Notes under the pieces: model-generated | Databases searched by the model: none | What the model saw: only the letters and a program-made list of their open reading frames with translations | Told to the model about the DNA's origin: nothing | Shown here: piece after piece, positions 47,609-58,978 of the stretch | Position numbering within the stretch: the stretch's first letter is position 1 | Layout of the letters: each line of letters opens with the position of its first letter | NCBI GenBank assembly: GCA_018714685.1 | Contig: DVNC01000021.1 | Coordinates: 12,693 to 76,692, forward strand | DNA: 64,000 nt | Direction: 5' to 3' | Source: Candidatus Scatocola faecipullorum | GTDB taxonomy: Bacteria > Pseudomonadota > Alphaproteobacteria > RF32 > CAG-239 | Position numbers and translations under genes: made by a program

Positions 47609-50488
47609 ATGACTGATAAAATTTACAATATTCCGGCGGGTTGTGCCTTTGCCGAAGTTCTGGCCGGGCATTTTCTGAGAGAGTACCACGGCCGGGAACT
47701 GGAGCTGACGGATGTTCTTTTTCTGCTGCCGAACCGCCGGGCGGTTAAGGCGCTGAAAGACGCTTTTGTGCGTTTGCAAGGGCTGGCGCCGACACTGCTG
47801 CCGCAGATGCTGCCTATCGGCGACGTGGAAGAAGACGAGCTGTTTCTGACCGGATTTGACCAGTCTTCCGCTTTGGCAACGCTGGCACCGGCTATCAGCC
47901 GGGCGGAGAGGCTGTTGCTGTTCACCAAAATCATTATGGCCAAACCGATAGAGTACGGTATTGAAAAACTGGCGGCGAATCAGGCCTGCTATCTGGCGCA
48001 GGAACTGGCTAATCTGATTGATACGGTTCACAATCAGGGCCTTTCGTTTGACCGGCTGACAGATTTGGTGCCGGAAGAATATGCCGTTCATTGGCAGGAA
48101 ACGCTCAAATTTTTGCAGATTATTACCGAATATTGGCCGCAGATTTTGGCCGAACGGCAATTGATTGACGCCAGTGACCGTCGTAACCGTCTGCTGCGGG
48201 CGCAGATTGATTTGTGGCGGCAGAATCCGCCGGTCAAACGAATTGTCGCAGCCGGAACGACGGCTGCCTTTCCGCTGATGAAAGAACTGGTTAAAACGGT
48301 GCTTAGTCTGGAAAAAGGAGAGCTTTATCTGGCGGGAATCGACAAGTTTCTGGAAGACGAGGCCTGGGAAAAAATTGATGAGACGCATCCGCAGCACGAA
48401 TTGAAAGAACTGTTGGATTATCTGACAGTTCGACGGGAAGATATTCCCGATTTGCAGGCACCGGAAAATTTCGGCCGGGAAGTTTTAATCAGCGAGGTTA
48501 TGCGTCCGGCGGCCACTACCGAAAAATGGCGGGATATTGCCGGTAAGAAAATCAGGCATGAGGCGGCGGACGGTATAACGCTGGTTAACTGTGCCGATAT
48601 GCGGGAGGAAGCTCTGACCATTGCTCTGTTGCTGCGAGAGGCGGTTGAAACGCCGGAAAAAACGGCGGCATTGGTTACCGGGGACAGAAATCTGGCGCGG
48701 CGGGTGGCTGCCGAATTGGAACGCTGGAACCTGAAAGTGGATGATTCTGCCGGTAAGCCGCTGGCCTTGACACCGCTGGGCATTTTTCTGCGGCTGACGG
48801 TTCAGGCTTGTGAAGAAGAGTTTCGTCCGGTTGCTTTTCTGAGTTTGCTCAAACATCCGCTGACCTGTTTGGGAGAAGACGGGTTTCTGGTGCGCAAAGC
48901 GGCCCGCGAGTATGAAAAGAAAGTTTTGCGCAGCGGCAAAGAGGATGAAACCCTGACCGCTTTTGTCCTGCGGTTTAAAGAGGCCATGCGTGATTTGGCG
49001 GAAGCTTTGCGGCAGCCGGCGGTTGATTTTAAGAATTTATTGGCGCTGCATATTAAAACGGCGGAAGTTTTGGCTGCGGTTCCGGGGAAAGACGGAGCTC
49101 AGGTTTTGTGGAAAGGCGATGCCGGAGAAGCAGCTGCCGCTTTTATTGCCGATTTGTATGCCGAAGCCGGCGTTTTGGGAGAGATCAGCGGTGGTGAATA
49201 TCGCGGTTTGCTGGAGGCATTGATGGCCGGGGTAACGGTTCGTCCGAAATACGGCACCCATCCGCGCCTGAGCATTTTGGGGCCGATAGAAGCCCGTCTG
49301 GTGCATTTTGACCGGGTTATTATCGGCGAAGTGAATGAAAATATCTGGCCGCAGGCCGTAACGGCCGATCCCTGGATGTCGCGGCCGATGAAGCGGGAGT
49401 TCGGTTTTCCTCTGCCGGAGCGGACGGTCGGGGTCGGGGCTTATGATTTCAGTCAGCTGCTGGCGAATGAAGAGGTTTATCTGACCCGGGCGGAAAGAGT
49501 GGCGGGGACGCCGATGGTCAAGTCCCGCTGGTGGATGCGTTTGGAAACGGTTCTGAAGGCGCTGAATATTCCGATTGAAAATTTGGAAGATGTTGTTTTT
49601 CGCAGCTGGGCGAGATTTCTTGACCGCAGCGAGACGTTTACCCGTTTGCTGCCGCCGGCGCCGAAACCTCCGGTGAGCGCCCGGCCGCGGGAGTTGTCGG
49701 CCAGTGCGGTGGAATACTGGATGCGTGACCCGTATATTATTTTTGCCAAATACATTTTGCGGCTGAAAAAGCTGGACGATTTGGAACAAGAAGTTACCTT
49801 TGCCGATTACGGTACGATTATCCATGCGGTTTTAGAGCAGTTTAACCGCAAATATAACCGTCAGTTTCCGCCAAATGCCAAGGAAGAACTGCTGGCTTTG
49901 GGACGGGCTTATTTTGCGGAAAACGAAATTGCCGCCGAAACCAGAGCTTTCTGGTGGCCTCATTTTGAAAAGACGGTTGACTGGCTGGTTACGGCGGAAA
50001 ACGATTATCGTCCGTCGGTCCGTGAAGTGCATAACGAGGTTCAGGGGCGTTTCCGTTTTGAAGCGCCGGCCGGTCCTTTTACCATTACGGCCAAAGCCGA
50101 CCGGGTAGATGAAACTGCCGACGGGCGGATTAATATCATTGATTATAAAACCGGAGAAGCTCGCAGTCCGAAAGAAGTGCGCGCCGGTTATGCGCCGCAG
50201 TTGCCGATAGAAGCTTTGATTGCCCGGGAAGGCGGTTTTGACGGTATTCCGGCGAAAGAGGTTGCCGCCCTGATTTATTGGCAGCTCGGGCGCAAAGAAA
50301 CGCGGTTGGACGAAGAGGTGGACGATATTTTGAACACCAATTTGAAAAATCTGCGGGAGCTGGCGACATTATTTGATTTTCCCGATACCGCCTATATCAG
50401 TAAGCCCAATCCGCGTTATGCGCCGAAATATTCGGATTATGAACAGTTGGCGAGGGTAAAGGAGTGGTCCGTTGTTGAGGAAGAATAG
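47609..50488 (+). CDS. addB: Double-strand break repair protein AddB (alphaproteobacterial type)
   Basis: 959 aa, C-terminal PD-(D/E)xK nuclease motif (ADRVDE...INIIDYKTGE), immediately upstream of addA. Confidence 0.85.
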   Translation: MTDKIYNIPAGCAFAEVLAGHFLREYHGRELELTDVLFLLPNRRAVKALKDAFVRLQGLAPTLLPQMLPIGDVEEDELFLTGFDQSSALATLAPAISRAERLLLFTKIIMAKPIEYGIEKLAANQACYLAQELANLIDTVHNQGLSFDRLTDLVPEEYAVHWQETLKFLQIITEYWPQILAERQLIDASDRRNRLLRAQIDLWRQNPPVKRIVAAGTTAAFPLMKELVKTVLSLEKGELYLAGIDKFLEDEAWEKIDETHPQHELKELLDYLTVRREDIPDLQAPENFGREVLISEVMRPAATTEKWRDIAGKKIRHEAADGITLVNCADMREEALTIALLLREAVETPEKTAALVTGDRNLARRVAAELERWNLKVDDSAGKPLALTPLGIFLRLTVQACEEEFRPVAFLSLLKHPLTCLGEDGFLVRKAAREYEKKVLRSGKEDETLTAFVLRFKEAMRDLAEALRQPAVDFKNLLALHIKTAEVLAAVPGKDGAQVLWKGDAGEAAAAFIADLYAEAGVLGEISGGEYRGLLEALMAGVTVRPKYGTHPRLSILGPIEARLVHFDRVIIGEVNENIWPQAVTADPWMSRPMKREFGFPLPERTVGVGAYDFSQLLANEEVYLTRAERVAGTPMVKSRWWMRLETVLKALNIPIENLEDVVFRSWARFLDRSETFTRLLPPAPKPPVSARPRELSASAVEYWMRDPYIIFAKYILRLKKLDDLEQEVTFADYGTIIHAVLEQFNRKYNRQFPPNAKEELLALGRAYFAENEIAAETRAFWWPHFEKTVDWLVTAENDYRPSVREVHNEVQGRFRFEAPAGPFTITAKADRVDETADGRINIIDYKTGEARSPKEVRAGYAPQLPIEALIAREGGFDGIPAKEVAALIYWQLGRKETRLDEEVDDILNTNLKNLRELATLFDFPDTAYISKPNPRYAPKYSDYEQLARVKEWSVVEEE

Positions 50489-50596
50489 TTTTATTGAAGA
50501 CCCGGAGACATTATCCGGTGCTCAAATGCTCACATACTGCTATGTCCGCTCCGCTTCTGTGCTCCGTGTGGTTTCACTTCAATTTCAGGAGTTGTT

Positions 50597-53500
50597 ATGA
50601 TGAACGGCGAAGATATTTCCGCGGCACGAAAAGAGCGGGGAAAATTAGCGACCGCGCAGCAGCGGCGGGCGGCGAATCCGCTTAAATCCGTCTGGGTGGA
50701 AGCATCGGCGGGAACCGGCAAAACCAAGGTGTTGTCTGACAGGGTTCTGCGGTTGCTGCTGAGCGGCGTAGCGCCGTCAAAAATTCTTTGTTTGACCTAT
50801 ACCAAAGCGGCGGCGGTGGAAATGAGCTCACGCATTGCCGGGCGGCTCAGCCGCTGGGCAGTTGCTGATGACGAAACACTTCATAAAGAGCTTTCAGCAT
50901 TGTTGGGAAATCTGCCGGACAGCCGGGAAGCATATATAAAACTGGAAGCGACGGCAAGGCAGTTGTTTGCAGTTTTGCTGGATACGCCGGGAGGAATGAA
51001 AATTCAGACCATACACAGTTTTTGTCAGGAAATTTTAAAAAGATTTCCTTTAGAGGCAAGAATTTCGCCGTATTTTGAGGTGATGGACGACCGCACGGCT
51101 TCCGAGGCTTTGGCAGATATTCAGAAAAAACTGTTGCAAAAAATTGAAGATGAACCGGAGAGTGCAGTCGGGCAGGCTTTGGCTTTTCTGACCCGGCAGG
51201 TGAGCGAATTCAAATTTCCCCAGATTATGGAGACAATTGCCGCTAACCGGAACAAAATCAGCAAACTTTTATCGGCGTATCCCGACGAGTTGGCTCTGCG
51301 GGCTGCCTTGGCAGCACGGCTGGAAGTTAATCCGGATGACAGCGAATCGTCTTTGCGGCAACGATATATGGCCGGTCTTAACCGGACTGATTTGAAAGAG
51401 CTGCGTGAGGCCTGGTTTAAAGGGACTGCAACCGATGTTAAAAATGCAGAGGTTTTGGCCGGACTGGCGGAGAGAGAGTTTCCGGCGGAGGAGTTTGAAA
51501 CTTTTCAAAAGCTGTTTTTAACCAAGGAAGGAAAACCCAAAGCCAAGGCCGGCAGCAAAGGAGCCCTGGCCGCCTGTCCGCGGCTGGAGGAGATTTTTTA
51601 CCGCGAAGCGGAAAATTTGTCGGAGTTGGAAAGCAAAGCTGCCGGTCTGCGGGTTTTTGCTTCGACGGCGGCGGTTCTGAGTTTGGCGGAGGAACTTATC
51701 GGCGGTTATAACCGTTATAAAAAAATCCATTCCAAAATGGATTATGAAGATTTGATTGTTTTAACCAGAGATTTGTTGGAAAACAAAAGCGTGGCCGATT
51801 GGGTGCTTTATAAGCTGGACGGCGGTATTGATCATGTGTTGATTGACGAAGCACAAGACACTTCGCCCAACCAATGGGCAATTGTCAAAGCGGTGACGGA
51901 GGAGTTTTTTAACGGATTGGGGGCCGCGGACAAAGTACGGACGGTTTTTGCCGTGGGTGACCGCAAACAGTCGATTTACAGTTTTCAGGGGGCCGATCCG
52001 CGGGAATTTGAAAATATGCGGCGGTATTTTGCGGCAAAGGCTTCTAATTTTGATGAAGTGAAACTTGAAGTTTCTTTCCGTTCAACGGCAACGGTGCTGG
52101 ACAGCGTGAATACGGTTTTTGGCGATGAGTATGCCAAGCAGGGCGTGGTTCTGGAAGGTGAAGACATAACGCATATTCCGTTTCGTCTGGGAGACGGCGG
52201 ACGGGTGGAACTCTGGCCGCTGGTCGAGCCGCAGGAAGGCGAAAATCCCGATATGTGGCGGCCGCCGGTGGAGCGCGTGCCGGGGGAATCGACCTCATCG
52301 CGACTGGCCAAGATGATTGCCGCCAAAATTAAAGAGCAGGTCTCGCGCGGGGATATTCTGGTTTCGCAGAACCGGTCGGTGCGCTACCGCGACTATATGA
52401 TTTTGGTGCAGCGGCGCAACAGCTTTGTTGAGGAGATGGTGCGTGAATGCAAAAACGTCGGAGTTAACGTTTCGGGGGTGGATAAAATCAGGCTGCTGGA
52501 ACAAATTGCGGTGCAGGATTTGGTGGCACTGGGCCAGTTTCTGCTGTTGCCGACCGATGATTTGACCTTGGCGACGGTTTTGAAATCGCCGTTGTTCGGT
52601 TTGAATGACGATGATTTGTTTGTGCTATGTTATAATCGCGGCGGGGTTTCGGTTTGGACCAGACTGTGCGATAACCCGGATTACCGCCGGACGTATCTGC
52701 AACTGCGGGAACTGTTGGATATGGCGGATTATGTACGTCCGTTTGAGCTATACGGCTATGTGCTCAACAAGCAGGGCGGCCGTAAGAAATTTGTCGAGCG
52801 TATGGGGCTGGAGGTTGAAGACGGGCTGGACGAGTTTGTTAATTTGACGCTGGCTTATGAGCAGGAACATATACCGAGTTTGCAGGGGTTTGTGCAGTGG
52901 ATTGCCGGCGACGAGGTCGAAATAAAGCGCGAGCTGGAGCAAAGCGAGGCCGATGCGGTGCGGATTATGACGGTTCACGGTTCCAAAGGTTTGCAGGCAC
53001 CGATAGTTATTCTGCCGGATACGGTGCGAATGGTAAATGTGCGGAAAGAAAGCGGCCTGTTGTGGGATGATTTGTTTTATTATCCGCTTTCTTCGGGGGA
53101 TTATGACAAGAACTGCAACCGGATTAAAGACGAAGAAATTATCCGTGCCAATGAGGAATATAAGCGGCTGTTGTATGTGGCTTTGACCCGTGCGGAAGAT
53201 CGGCTTTGTATTTGCGGTTACCGTAAAGGAACAGCAGTTAAAGACGAATCATGGTACGGTATTTGCAAACGCAGTCTGTCGGCTATCGGGCAGACGGACG
53301 AAACTGAAAAAGTTGTGTACGAAACGCCGCAGGAACTGGATGTTGCCGCGGTACAGACAGGTGTTACCAAAGAACTGACACGGCCGGATTTTCCGTGGCT
53401 GACGCAGCCGGCCGCAGAAGAAAATCCTCTGGCAAAACCTTATACGCCGTCGCGGCCGGATGAAGATGACAACGATGTGGCTCTGGTGTCTCCCATCGGC

Positions 53501-53980
53501 GAAGACGGTTCAAACCGTTACCGCCGCGGACGGATTATTCATAAGCTGCTTCAGTTTATGCCGGATGTTCATTCTGCCGATAAGGCGCAGATTATTGATG
53601 AGTTTTTACGGAAAAATGCGCCGGAACTGACGTCGGCGCAGGCCGGGCGAATCCGCGAAGAGGTTTTGACGCTGCTGAATAATCCGCAATTCGGTTCGTT
53701 GTTCGGTCCGGGATCGAAGGCTGAAGTTCCGGTTATCGGCGAGGCGGACGGCAAAATTATTTCCGCGCAGGTTGACCGTTTGGTGGTGACGGAAAACAAG
53801 GTTATGATTGTTGATTTTAAAACGAATCGACCGGCCGCCAAAACGCCGGCTGACGTGCCTCCGGTTTATGTCAAACAGCTGCGGGCCTACCGGGACTTGC
53901 TGGCTCGCATTTATCCGGCAAAACAAGTGCAAAGCTATATCTTGTGGACGGATACGGCGCAGATTATGCAGATTGAGTGA
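50597..53980 (+). CDS. addA: Double-strand break repair helicase/nuclease AddA
   Basis: UvrD-like helicase motifs (ASAGTGKTKVL, DEAQDTSP, VGDRKQSIY, TVHGSKGL) and a C-terminal nuclease domain, 1127 aa. Confidence 0.9.
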   Translation: MMNGEDISAARKERGKLATAQQRRAANPLKSVWVEASAGTGKTKVLSDRVLRLLLSGVAPSKILCLTYTKAAAVEMSSRIAGRLSRWAVADDETLHKELSALLGNLPDSREAYIKLEATARQLFAVLLDTPGGMKIQTIHSFCQEILKRFPLEARISPYFEVMDDRTASEALADIQKKLLQKIEDEPESAVGQALAFLTRQVSEFKFPQIMETIAANRNKISKLLSAYPDELALRAALAARLEVNPDDSESSLRQRYMAGLNRTDLKELREAWFKGTATDVKNAEVLAGLAEREFPAEEFETFQKLFLTKEGKPKAKAGSKGALAACPRLEEIFYREAENLSELESKAAGLRVFASTAAVLSLAEELIGGYNRYKKIHSKMDYEDLIVLTRDLLENKSVADWVLYKLDGGIDHVLIDEAQDTSPNQWAIVKAVTEEFFNGLGAADKVRTVFAVGDRKQSIYSFQGADPREFENMRRYFAAKASNFDEVKLEVSFRSTATVLDSVNTVFGDEYAKQGVVLEGEDITHIPFRLGDGGRVELWPLVEPQEGENPDMWRPPVERVPGESTSSRLAKMIAAKIKEQVSRGDILVSQNRSVRYRDYMILVQRRNSFVEEMVRECKNVGVNVSGVDKIRLLEQIAVQDLVALGQFLLLPTDDLTLATVLKSPLFGLNDDDLFVLCYNRGGVSVWTRLCDNPDYRRTYLQLRELLDMADYVRPFELYGYVLNKQGGRKKFVERMGLEVEDGLDEFVNLTLAYEQEHIPSLQGFVQWIAGDEVEIKRELEQSEADAVRIMTVHGSKGLQAPIVILPDTVRMVNVRKESGLLWDDLFYYPLSSGDYDKNCNRIKDEEIIRANEEYKRLLYVALTRAEDRLCICGYRKGTAVKDESWYGICKRSLSAIGQTDETEKVVYETPQELDVAAVQTGVTKELTRPDFPWLTQPAAEENPLAKPYTPSRPDEDDNDVALVSPIGEDGSNRYRRGRIIHKLLQFMPDVHSADKAQIIDEFLRKNAPELTSAQAGRIREEVLTLLNNPQFGSLFGPGSKAEVPVIGEADGKIISAQVDRLVVTENKVMIVDFKTNRPAAKTPADVPPVYVKQLRAYRDLLARIYPAKQVQSYILWTDTAQIMQIE

Positions 53981-54072
53981 GTTTTTTAGATAATAAGTCT
54001 TTAATAAATAAAAATTTCAATTATATTAGATACATCTGATGACACTTATTTATAATTAGGAAAGGAAAAGCT

Positions 54073-54387
54073 ATGAAACAAATTTCGGACAGCCAGTTTG
54101 AAACTGAAGTACTAAAAGCCAACGGTTTGGTTCTGGTGGATTTTTGGGCGGAATGGTGCGGCCCCTGCCGTCAGCTCGGCCCGATTTTGGAAGAAGTTTC
54201 CAAAGAGATGGGAGACAAAGTCGAAATCTGCAAAATGAATGTCGATGAATCTCCGAACACGGCTGCCCAATATGGTATTCGCAGTATTCCGACTATGTTC
54301 CTGTTTAAAGACGGCAAGCAGATTGACACCAAAGTCGGTTTGAATTCTCAGGCTTCTTTGGTCAGCTGGCTGAATTCCCATCTGTAA
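54073..54387 (+). CDS. trxA: Thioredoxin
   Basis: WAEWCGPCR active site, 104 aa. Confidence 0.92.
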   Translation: MKQISDSQFETEVLKANGLVLVDFWAEWCGPCRQLGPILEEVSKEMGDKVEICKMNVDESPNTAAQYGIRSIPTMFLFKDGKQIDTKVGLNSQASLVSWLNSHL

Positions 54388-54402
54388 GCCGAACGGCTTT
54401 CA

Positions 54403-54436
54403 AAGCGCCCGTGTCAGAACAGGGCGCTTTTTTTAT
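54403..54436 (+). terminator. Rho-independent terminator after trxA
   Basis: aagcgccc...gggcgctt hairpin followed by a T7 run. Confidence 0.6.
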
Positions 54437-54495
54437 GCCTGTTCCCTTTAATTGTTTCTGTCGGAGCATATATAGGCCGGGTAGGAGAATATTCA

Positions 54496-55398
54496 ATGCT
54501 TTGGATTATCGACGGCCTGATTTACGGTTTTTTTACGGCGTTATATACGCTGGTGAACCAGCATTATAAGTTTAACGGTTATTTGCTGGGAATCTGGCGC
54601 GGGTTCGGAATATCTTTTTTCTTTCTGCCGTTTTTGTTTTTTCTGCCGGTTCCCGATGATGCTTATTATTATTTTCTGCTGATTTTTCAAGGTTTTTTAA
54701 TCGGCGTATATGATTCACATCTGTTTTTTGCTTCGGCAGATTACGGAGCGGGGCCGACTTCCCGGGTTATGGCTTTGTCGGCGCTGATTACAACGATTTT
54801 CTGGTGGTTTTTGACCCCGCATTTGTTTTGGGGTTTATTGCAGAACGCAACGGTGTTTATGAGCCTAATCTTAGTTTTGTTCGGGTTTACGGTGAGCTAT
54901 TGGCAAATGGTGCAGTCGCCGGTTTCCAAAGCGTTGGTTTGGTATATGTTTCCGGTTGTTTTTGCTTTTGCGGGAATGAGCATTATTACCAAAGAAATTG
55001 CCCTGCACGGTTCAAACGCCTGGCAGGGTGTGGCCTATTATCTGACCGTGGCAACGTTTGTCAGCGGCTGTTATAACAGTTATTGGTATGCCAAAACGGT
55101 TAAACCCGGTTTAAAGGGCTTTTTCAAAAACGTTTTTGAATGGAAACTGGTTAAGGCCGGTTTGTATGTCGTCAGTTTCAGTTGGGCTCTGATTACGGCC
55201 AAAACACTGGCTTTGCGGATTGCTCCCAATCCGGGATATGTGATTGCTTTGCTGCTGACGTCGCCGATTTTTGTTTTTGTGCTGAACAGGTATCGTAAAG
55301 TTCCGGACAATATTTCGGTTAAGGCCGGTTTTTCGATGATTTTTTTTCTTTTTCTGCTTTTGCTGCTGGTGAACGGTAATTACGGAGTGATTGACTAA
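54496..55398 (+). CDS. Hypothetical polytopic inner-membrane protein (300 aa)
   Basis: About 9 hydrophobic helices and no catalytic motif. Confidence 0.4.
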   Translation: MLWIIDGLIYGFFTALYTLVNQHYKFNGYLLGIWRGFGISFFFLPFLFFLPVPDDAYYYFLLIFQGFLIGVYDSHLFFASADYGAGPTSRVMALSALITTIFWWFLTPHLFWGLLQNATVFMSLILVLFGFTVSYWQMVQSPVSKALVWYMFPVVFAFAGMSIITKEIALHGSNAWQGVAYYLTVATFVSGCYNSYWYAKTVKPGLKGFFKNVFEWKLVKAGLYVVSFSWALITAKTLALRIAPNPGYVIALLLTSPIFVFVLNRYRKVPDNISVKAGFSMIFFLFLLLLLVNGNYGVID

Positions 55399-57041
55399 CG
55401 GCAGAGTTCTTCGATGATTTTGTTGAGAAGCAAAAAACCCCGGTTGGCGGCGCGCAGGCTGTGCTTGTCTTCAAACAGAAGTTTTTGCCGGATTAAGCTT
55501 TGTCTGGCTTTGTCATTGACAAAGCCGGTCAGTTCCAATCCGCATTGGCGGCGGAAGTTTTCTTTGTTGATTCCTTCACGGATGCGCAATCCCATAATAA
55601 TCAATTCTTCCGCCCGTTCCTGCGGGGTCAGTTCTTCCAGTTGCCGATGGTGGGTCGAGGCATAAATTTTATCGGTTGTTTTGATGCGTCCGTGGGCGGC
55701 GGGGCCAATCCCGAGATAGTTTTGTCCGCGCCAATAGGCCAGATTATGGATTGATTCATAACCGGGGTGGGCAAAGTTGGAAACTTCATATTGCGGATAG
55801 CCTTTTGTTGCCAAAAATTCCTGTGTCAGCGCATAGAGTTCGGCTGCCGGTTCATCATCCATCGGTTTGATGCCTTTGCGGGCAAAAAAGGTGCCTTCTT
55901 CGATGGTCAGTTGGTAGAGCGAGAGATGTTTCAGGCCGAGTTCGCTTATCTGGTTCAGTTCTTGTTTCCAGGCTTCCGCGGTTTGTCCGGGCCGGGCGTA
56001 AATCAGGTCGGCAGAGTGGTTGTCAAACAGCCGTGTTACTTCGTCAACGGCGTGGAGTGCCCGGCTTAAATTATGGGTTCGTCCGAGGAATTTAAGGTCT
56101 TTGTCGTTCAAAGCCTGAATGCCTAAAGACAGACGGTTGATGCCGGCCAGTCGGAGGTCGGCAAAGAGGTTGGGGCGATTGGTGTTGGGGTTCGCTTCAA
56201 GTGAAATTTCCACCTGTTTTGTTGTCGGCCAGAGTTTGAAAATATGATTAATTACTTTTTCAATGTACTGCGGTTCAATCAATGAGGGCGTGCCGCCGCC
56301 GAAAAAAATACTCTGGACGGTTTGTTTGGCCGTCAGGTCGTGATACCAGTTTAAGTCGTCCAGATAACCGTCAATAATTTGTTTTTGATCAACATGCTTG
56401 TCAACTTTGCTGAAAAAATCGCAATAGGGGCATTTGCTTAAGCAGTAGGGCCAGTGAATGTAAACAGACAGGGGAACAATGATTTTATTGGTCTTCTGCA
56501 GGCGTCTTCCGGTGCTCGCGTCCTCACGTACGTCTGTGTACGCTGCGGTTCTGCGCTCCGTGGAGCCACCAGCATAAGCCTCACTAAAATCATTGTTGAA
56601 AAAAGCATTGGTCTTCTGCGGGTGTCTTCCGGTGCTCGCGTCTTCATGTAATTCCCGTGAGGCATAATTCTCTTCTAACCTCCCCTTAATATTAAGGGGA
56701 GGAACGGTAGGGATTAAGTTTGTTATTTGTGAAAGACAGCCTTCAATATTTTCCAGAATATCATTATTCCAAAAGCGAAGAATTTTACAACCGCGTTTTT
56801 TTATATAATTATCGCGAATATCATCCTGATGATTATCATTATGTTGCCCGCCGTTAATTTCAATTATTAATTTGAGCGAAGCACAATAAAAATCGACAAT
56901 ATATTTGTTATCAAAAACATATTGTCTTTGAAAACGTACTCCTAATTGTCGTTTGCGCAGTTTTTGCCATAACAATTTTTCAGCATTTGTTTGGTTGCTG
57001 CGCAATTGACGGGAGTAAGTTATCAGTTGCTTTTCCATCAC
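55395..57041 (-). CDS. hemW: Radical-SAM heme chaperone HemW (HemN-like) with N-terminal DUF559 endonuclease-like extension
   Basis: C-terminal ~360 aa match HemW/YggW ([20 protein letters not shown] radical-SAM CxxxCxxC, GGGTPS). N-terminal ~125 aa is a complete DUF559 domain (…[18 protein letters not shown]…IVDFYC…IIEINGGQH…), joined to HemW by a repeat-containing linker. Confidence 0.8.
   Translation of the reverse strand: MMEKQLITYSRQLRSNQTNAEKLLWQKLRKRQLGVRFQRQYVFDNKYIVDFYCASLKLIIEINGGQHNDNHQDDIRDNYIKKRGCKILRFWNNDILENIEGCLSQITNLIPTVPPLNIKGRLEENYASRELHEDASTGRHPQKTNAFFNNDFSEAYAGGSTERRTAAYTDVREDASTGRRLQKTNKIIVPLSVYIHWPYCLSKCPYCDFFSKVDKHVDQKQIIDGYLDDLNWYHDLTAKQTVQSIFFGGGTPSLIEPQYIEKVINHIFKLWPTTKQVEISLEANPNTNRPNLFADLRLAGINRLSLGIQALNDKDLKFLGRTHNLSRALHAVDEVTRLFDNHSADLIYARPGQTAEAWKQELNQISELGLKHLSLYQLTIEEGTFFARKGIKPMDDEPAAELYALTQEFLATKGYPQYEVSNFAHPGYESIHNLAYWRGQNYLGIGPAAHGRIKTTDKIYASTHHRQLEELTPQERAEELIIMGLRIREGINKENFRRQCGLELTGFVNDKARQSLIRQKLLFEDKHSLRAANRGFLLLNKIIEELCR
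56488..56700. repeat. Intragenic direct repeats (2 x 43 nt) and a 24-nt perfect palindrome in the hemW 5' extension
   Basis: ttggtcttctgcaggcgtcttccggtgctcgcgtcctcacgta at 56488-56530 and ttggtcttctgcgggtgtcttccggtgctcgcgtcttcatgta at 56608-56650. Each unit translates as EDASTGRxxQKTN. Palindrome cctccccttaatattaaggggagg at about 56679-56702. Confidence 0.7.
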
Positions 57042-58348
57042 AGAATAAATTTGGACAAGTCGCTGGCTTCCGTGTATTTGGCAAGCTTTTCCTCAACCAT
57101 GGCGGCGGTGATGACGGCCATTTCGCCGCTGCGGTCGGAAGCGCTGAAGCTGATGTCTTCCAGCAGTATTTCCAGAACCGTGTGCAGCCGGCGGGCGCCG
57201 ATGTTTTCGACGTTTTCGTTGATGATGACGGCCATATCGGCAATTTTTTCAATGGCTTCGGGTTCAAATTCCAAGTCAAAATTCTCGGTCTTCATCAGGG
57301 CAACATATTGCTCAATCAGATTGGCTTCCGGTTCGGTGAGAATTTTGACGAAGTCTTCGTGAGTGAGGGCTTTCAGTTCAACCCGAATGGGCAGCCGTCC
57401 CTGCAATTCCGGCAGCAGGTCGGAAGGTTTTGACAAGTGAAAGGCGCCGGAACAAATAAACAGGATATGGTCGGTTCTGACCATACCGTATTTGGTGGCG
57501 ACAGTGGTGCCCTCAATTAACGGCAACAGGTCGCGCTGAACGCCTTCGCGGGAGATGTCGCTGCCGCGGCGGTCGTCTTTGCCGGATATCTTGTCGATTT
57601 CGTCAATGAAGACGATACCGTCGTTTTCAACCGCTTTAATGGCTTCGCGGGTGATGAGGTCATTGTCGAGCAGTTTGTCGCTTTCTTCTTCCATCAGCAC
57701 TTTATACGCATCGCCGACGGTCATTTTCTTGGTTTTGTATTTGTCACCGAAAGGTTTGCCGATTAAGTCGCCCAGGCTTATCATTCCCATTTGGGCACCG
57801 GGCATGCCGGGAATGTCAATGGTCGGCATGGAGGTGTTGCCGTTGTCGAGAACGCTGATTTCAATTTCTTTATCGTTAAGCTGGTTTTCCCGCAGCAGTT
57901 TGCGGAACTTTTGTCTGGTTTCCTCTCCGGCATTGACGCCGACTAATGCTTCCAGCACGCGTTCTTCGGCGGCAATTTCCGCTTTGGCGGCAACGCTTTT
58001 GCGCATTTCTTCTTTGGTGGTGTGCAGCGCATTTTCCAACAGATCGCGGATGATGGATTCAACGTCACGGCCAACATAGCCGATTTCTGTAAATTTGGTA
58101 GCTTCCACTTTGATAAAAGGCGCTTTGGCCAGTTTGGCCAGGCGGCGGGAAATTTCGGTTTTGCCGACCCCGGTGGGGCCAACCATTAAAATGTTTTTGG
58201 GAACGATTTCTTCCTTTAATCGGTCGGGAAGCTGCATACGGCGCCAACGGTTGCGCAGGGCAACGGCAACGGCTTTTTTGGCTTCACATTGGCCGACAAT
58301 AAAGCGGTCAAGTTCGGATACGATTTCGCGGGGGCTGAATACGGCCAT
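57038..58348 (-). CDS. hslU: ATP-dependent protease ATPase subunit HslU
   Basis: MTPREIV-like N-terminus, Walker A GPTGVGKT, 436 aa. Downstream of hslV. Confidence 0.95.
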   Translation of the reverse strand: MAVFSPREIVSELDRFIVGQCEAKKAVAVALRNRWRRMQLPDRLKEEIVPKNILMVGPTGVGKTEISRRLAKLAKAPFIKVEATKFTEIGYVGRDVESIIRDLLENALHTTKEEMRKSVAAKAEIAAEERVLEALVGVNAGEETRQKFRKLLRENQLNDKEIEISVLDNGNTSMPTIDIPGMPGAQMGMISLGDLIGKPFGDKYKTKKMTVGDAYKVLMEEESDKLLDNDLITREAIKAVENDGIVFIDEIDKISGKDDRRGSDISREGVQRDLLPLIEGTTVATKYGMVRTDHILFICSGAFHLSKPSDLLPELQGRLPIRVELKALTHEDFVKILTEPEANLIEQYVALMKTENFDLEFEPEAIEKIADMAVIINENVENIGARRLHTVLEILLEDISFSASDRSGEMAVITAAMVEEKLAKYTEASDLSKFIL

Positions 58349-58349
58349 T

Positions 58350-58874
58350 TTAATCTACCTTTTCTATAATGACGTTATGGTTGGTATAGACATCAATGTC
58401 ACCGGCTATTTTAAGCGCTTTGCGGGCAATTTCCTCAAGACTCAGTCCGTCGATGTCGTAGAGCGCTTTGGCTGCGGCCATGGCAAAATTTCCGCCGCTG
58501 CCGATGCCGATGATGCCGTCATCGGGTTCCATAACTTCACCGGTGCCGGAAATGACCAGCGAAACGTCTTTGTCGGCCACTATCATATAAGCCTGCAGCT
58601 GGCGGAGGTATTTGTCCATACGCCAGTCTTTGGCCAACTCGACGGCGGCACGTTTCAGCTGGTTGGCGTGTTTTTCCAATTTGCCTTCAAGGCGTTCGAT
58701 GAGTGTGATGCCGTCGGCGGCGGCGCCGGCGAAACCGGCAATGATTTTGCCGTTGCCGATACGGCGGACTTTAACCGATTTTGATTTAAAAACGATTGAT
58801 TCTCCCAAAGTGGCCTGACCGTCGCCGGCCATGACAACTTCATTTCCCTTGCGGACGCATAAAATGGTGGTCAT
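58350..58874 (-). CDS. hslV: ATP-dependent protease subunit HslV
   Basis: N-terminal Thr after Met (MTTIL), GDGQ, GSGG motifs, 174 aa. Confidence 0.95.
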   Translation of the reverse strand: MTTILCVRKGNEVVMAGDGQATLGESIVFKSKSVKVRRIGNGKIIAGFAGAAADGITLIERLEGKLEKHANQLKRAAVELAKDWRMDKYLRQLQAYMIVADKDVSLVISGTGEVMEPDDGIIGIGSGGNFAMAAAKALYDIDGLSLEEIARKALKIAGDIDVYTNHNVIIEKVD

Positions 58875-58940
58875 GAGTTTTCCTTAACAGTGAATCATAT
58901 TGCTTATAATTTAGGTAAAAGATTTGCCGATTGCAAGGCT

Positions 58941-58978
58941 AAAAAAGGCCCCGCCTGTTTTGGGCGGGGCTTTTTTTT
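58941..58978. terminator. Bidirectional rho-independent terminator overlapping the stop of the large secreted-protein gene
   Basis: aaaaaaggccccgcc tgttttg ggcggggcctttttttt. Confidence 0.6.

Noticed and set aside
47603-48397. 264-aa minus-strand ORF and 262-aa ORF (49037-49825) antisense to addB
   Set aside because: Arg/Gln-rich low-complexity products overlapping the strongly supported addB gene.
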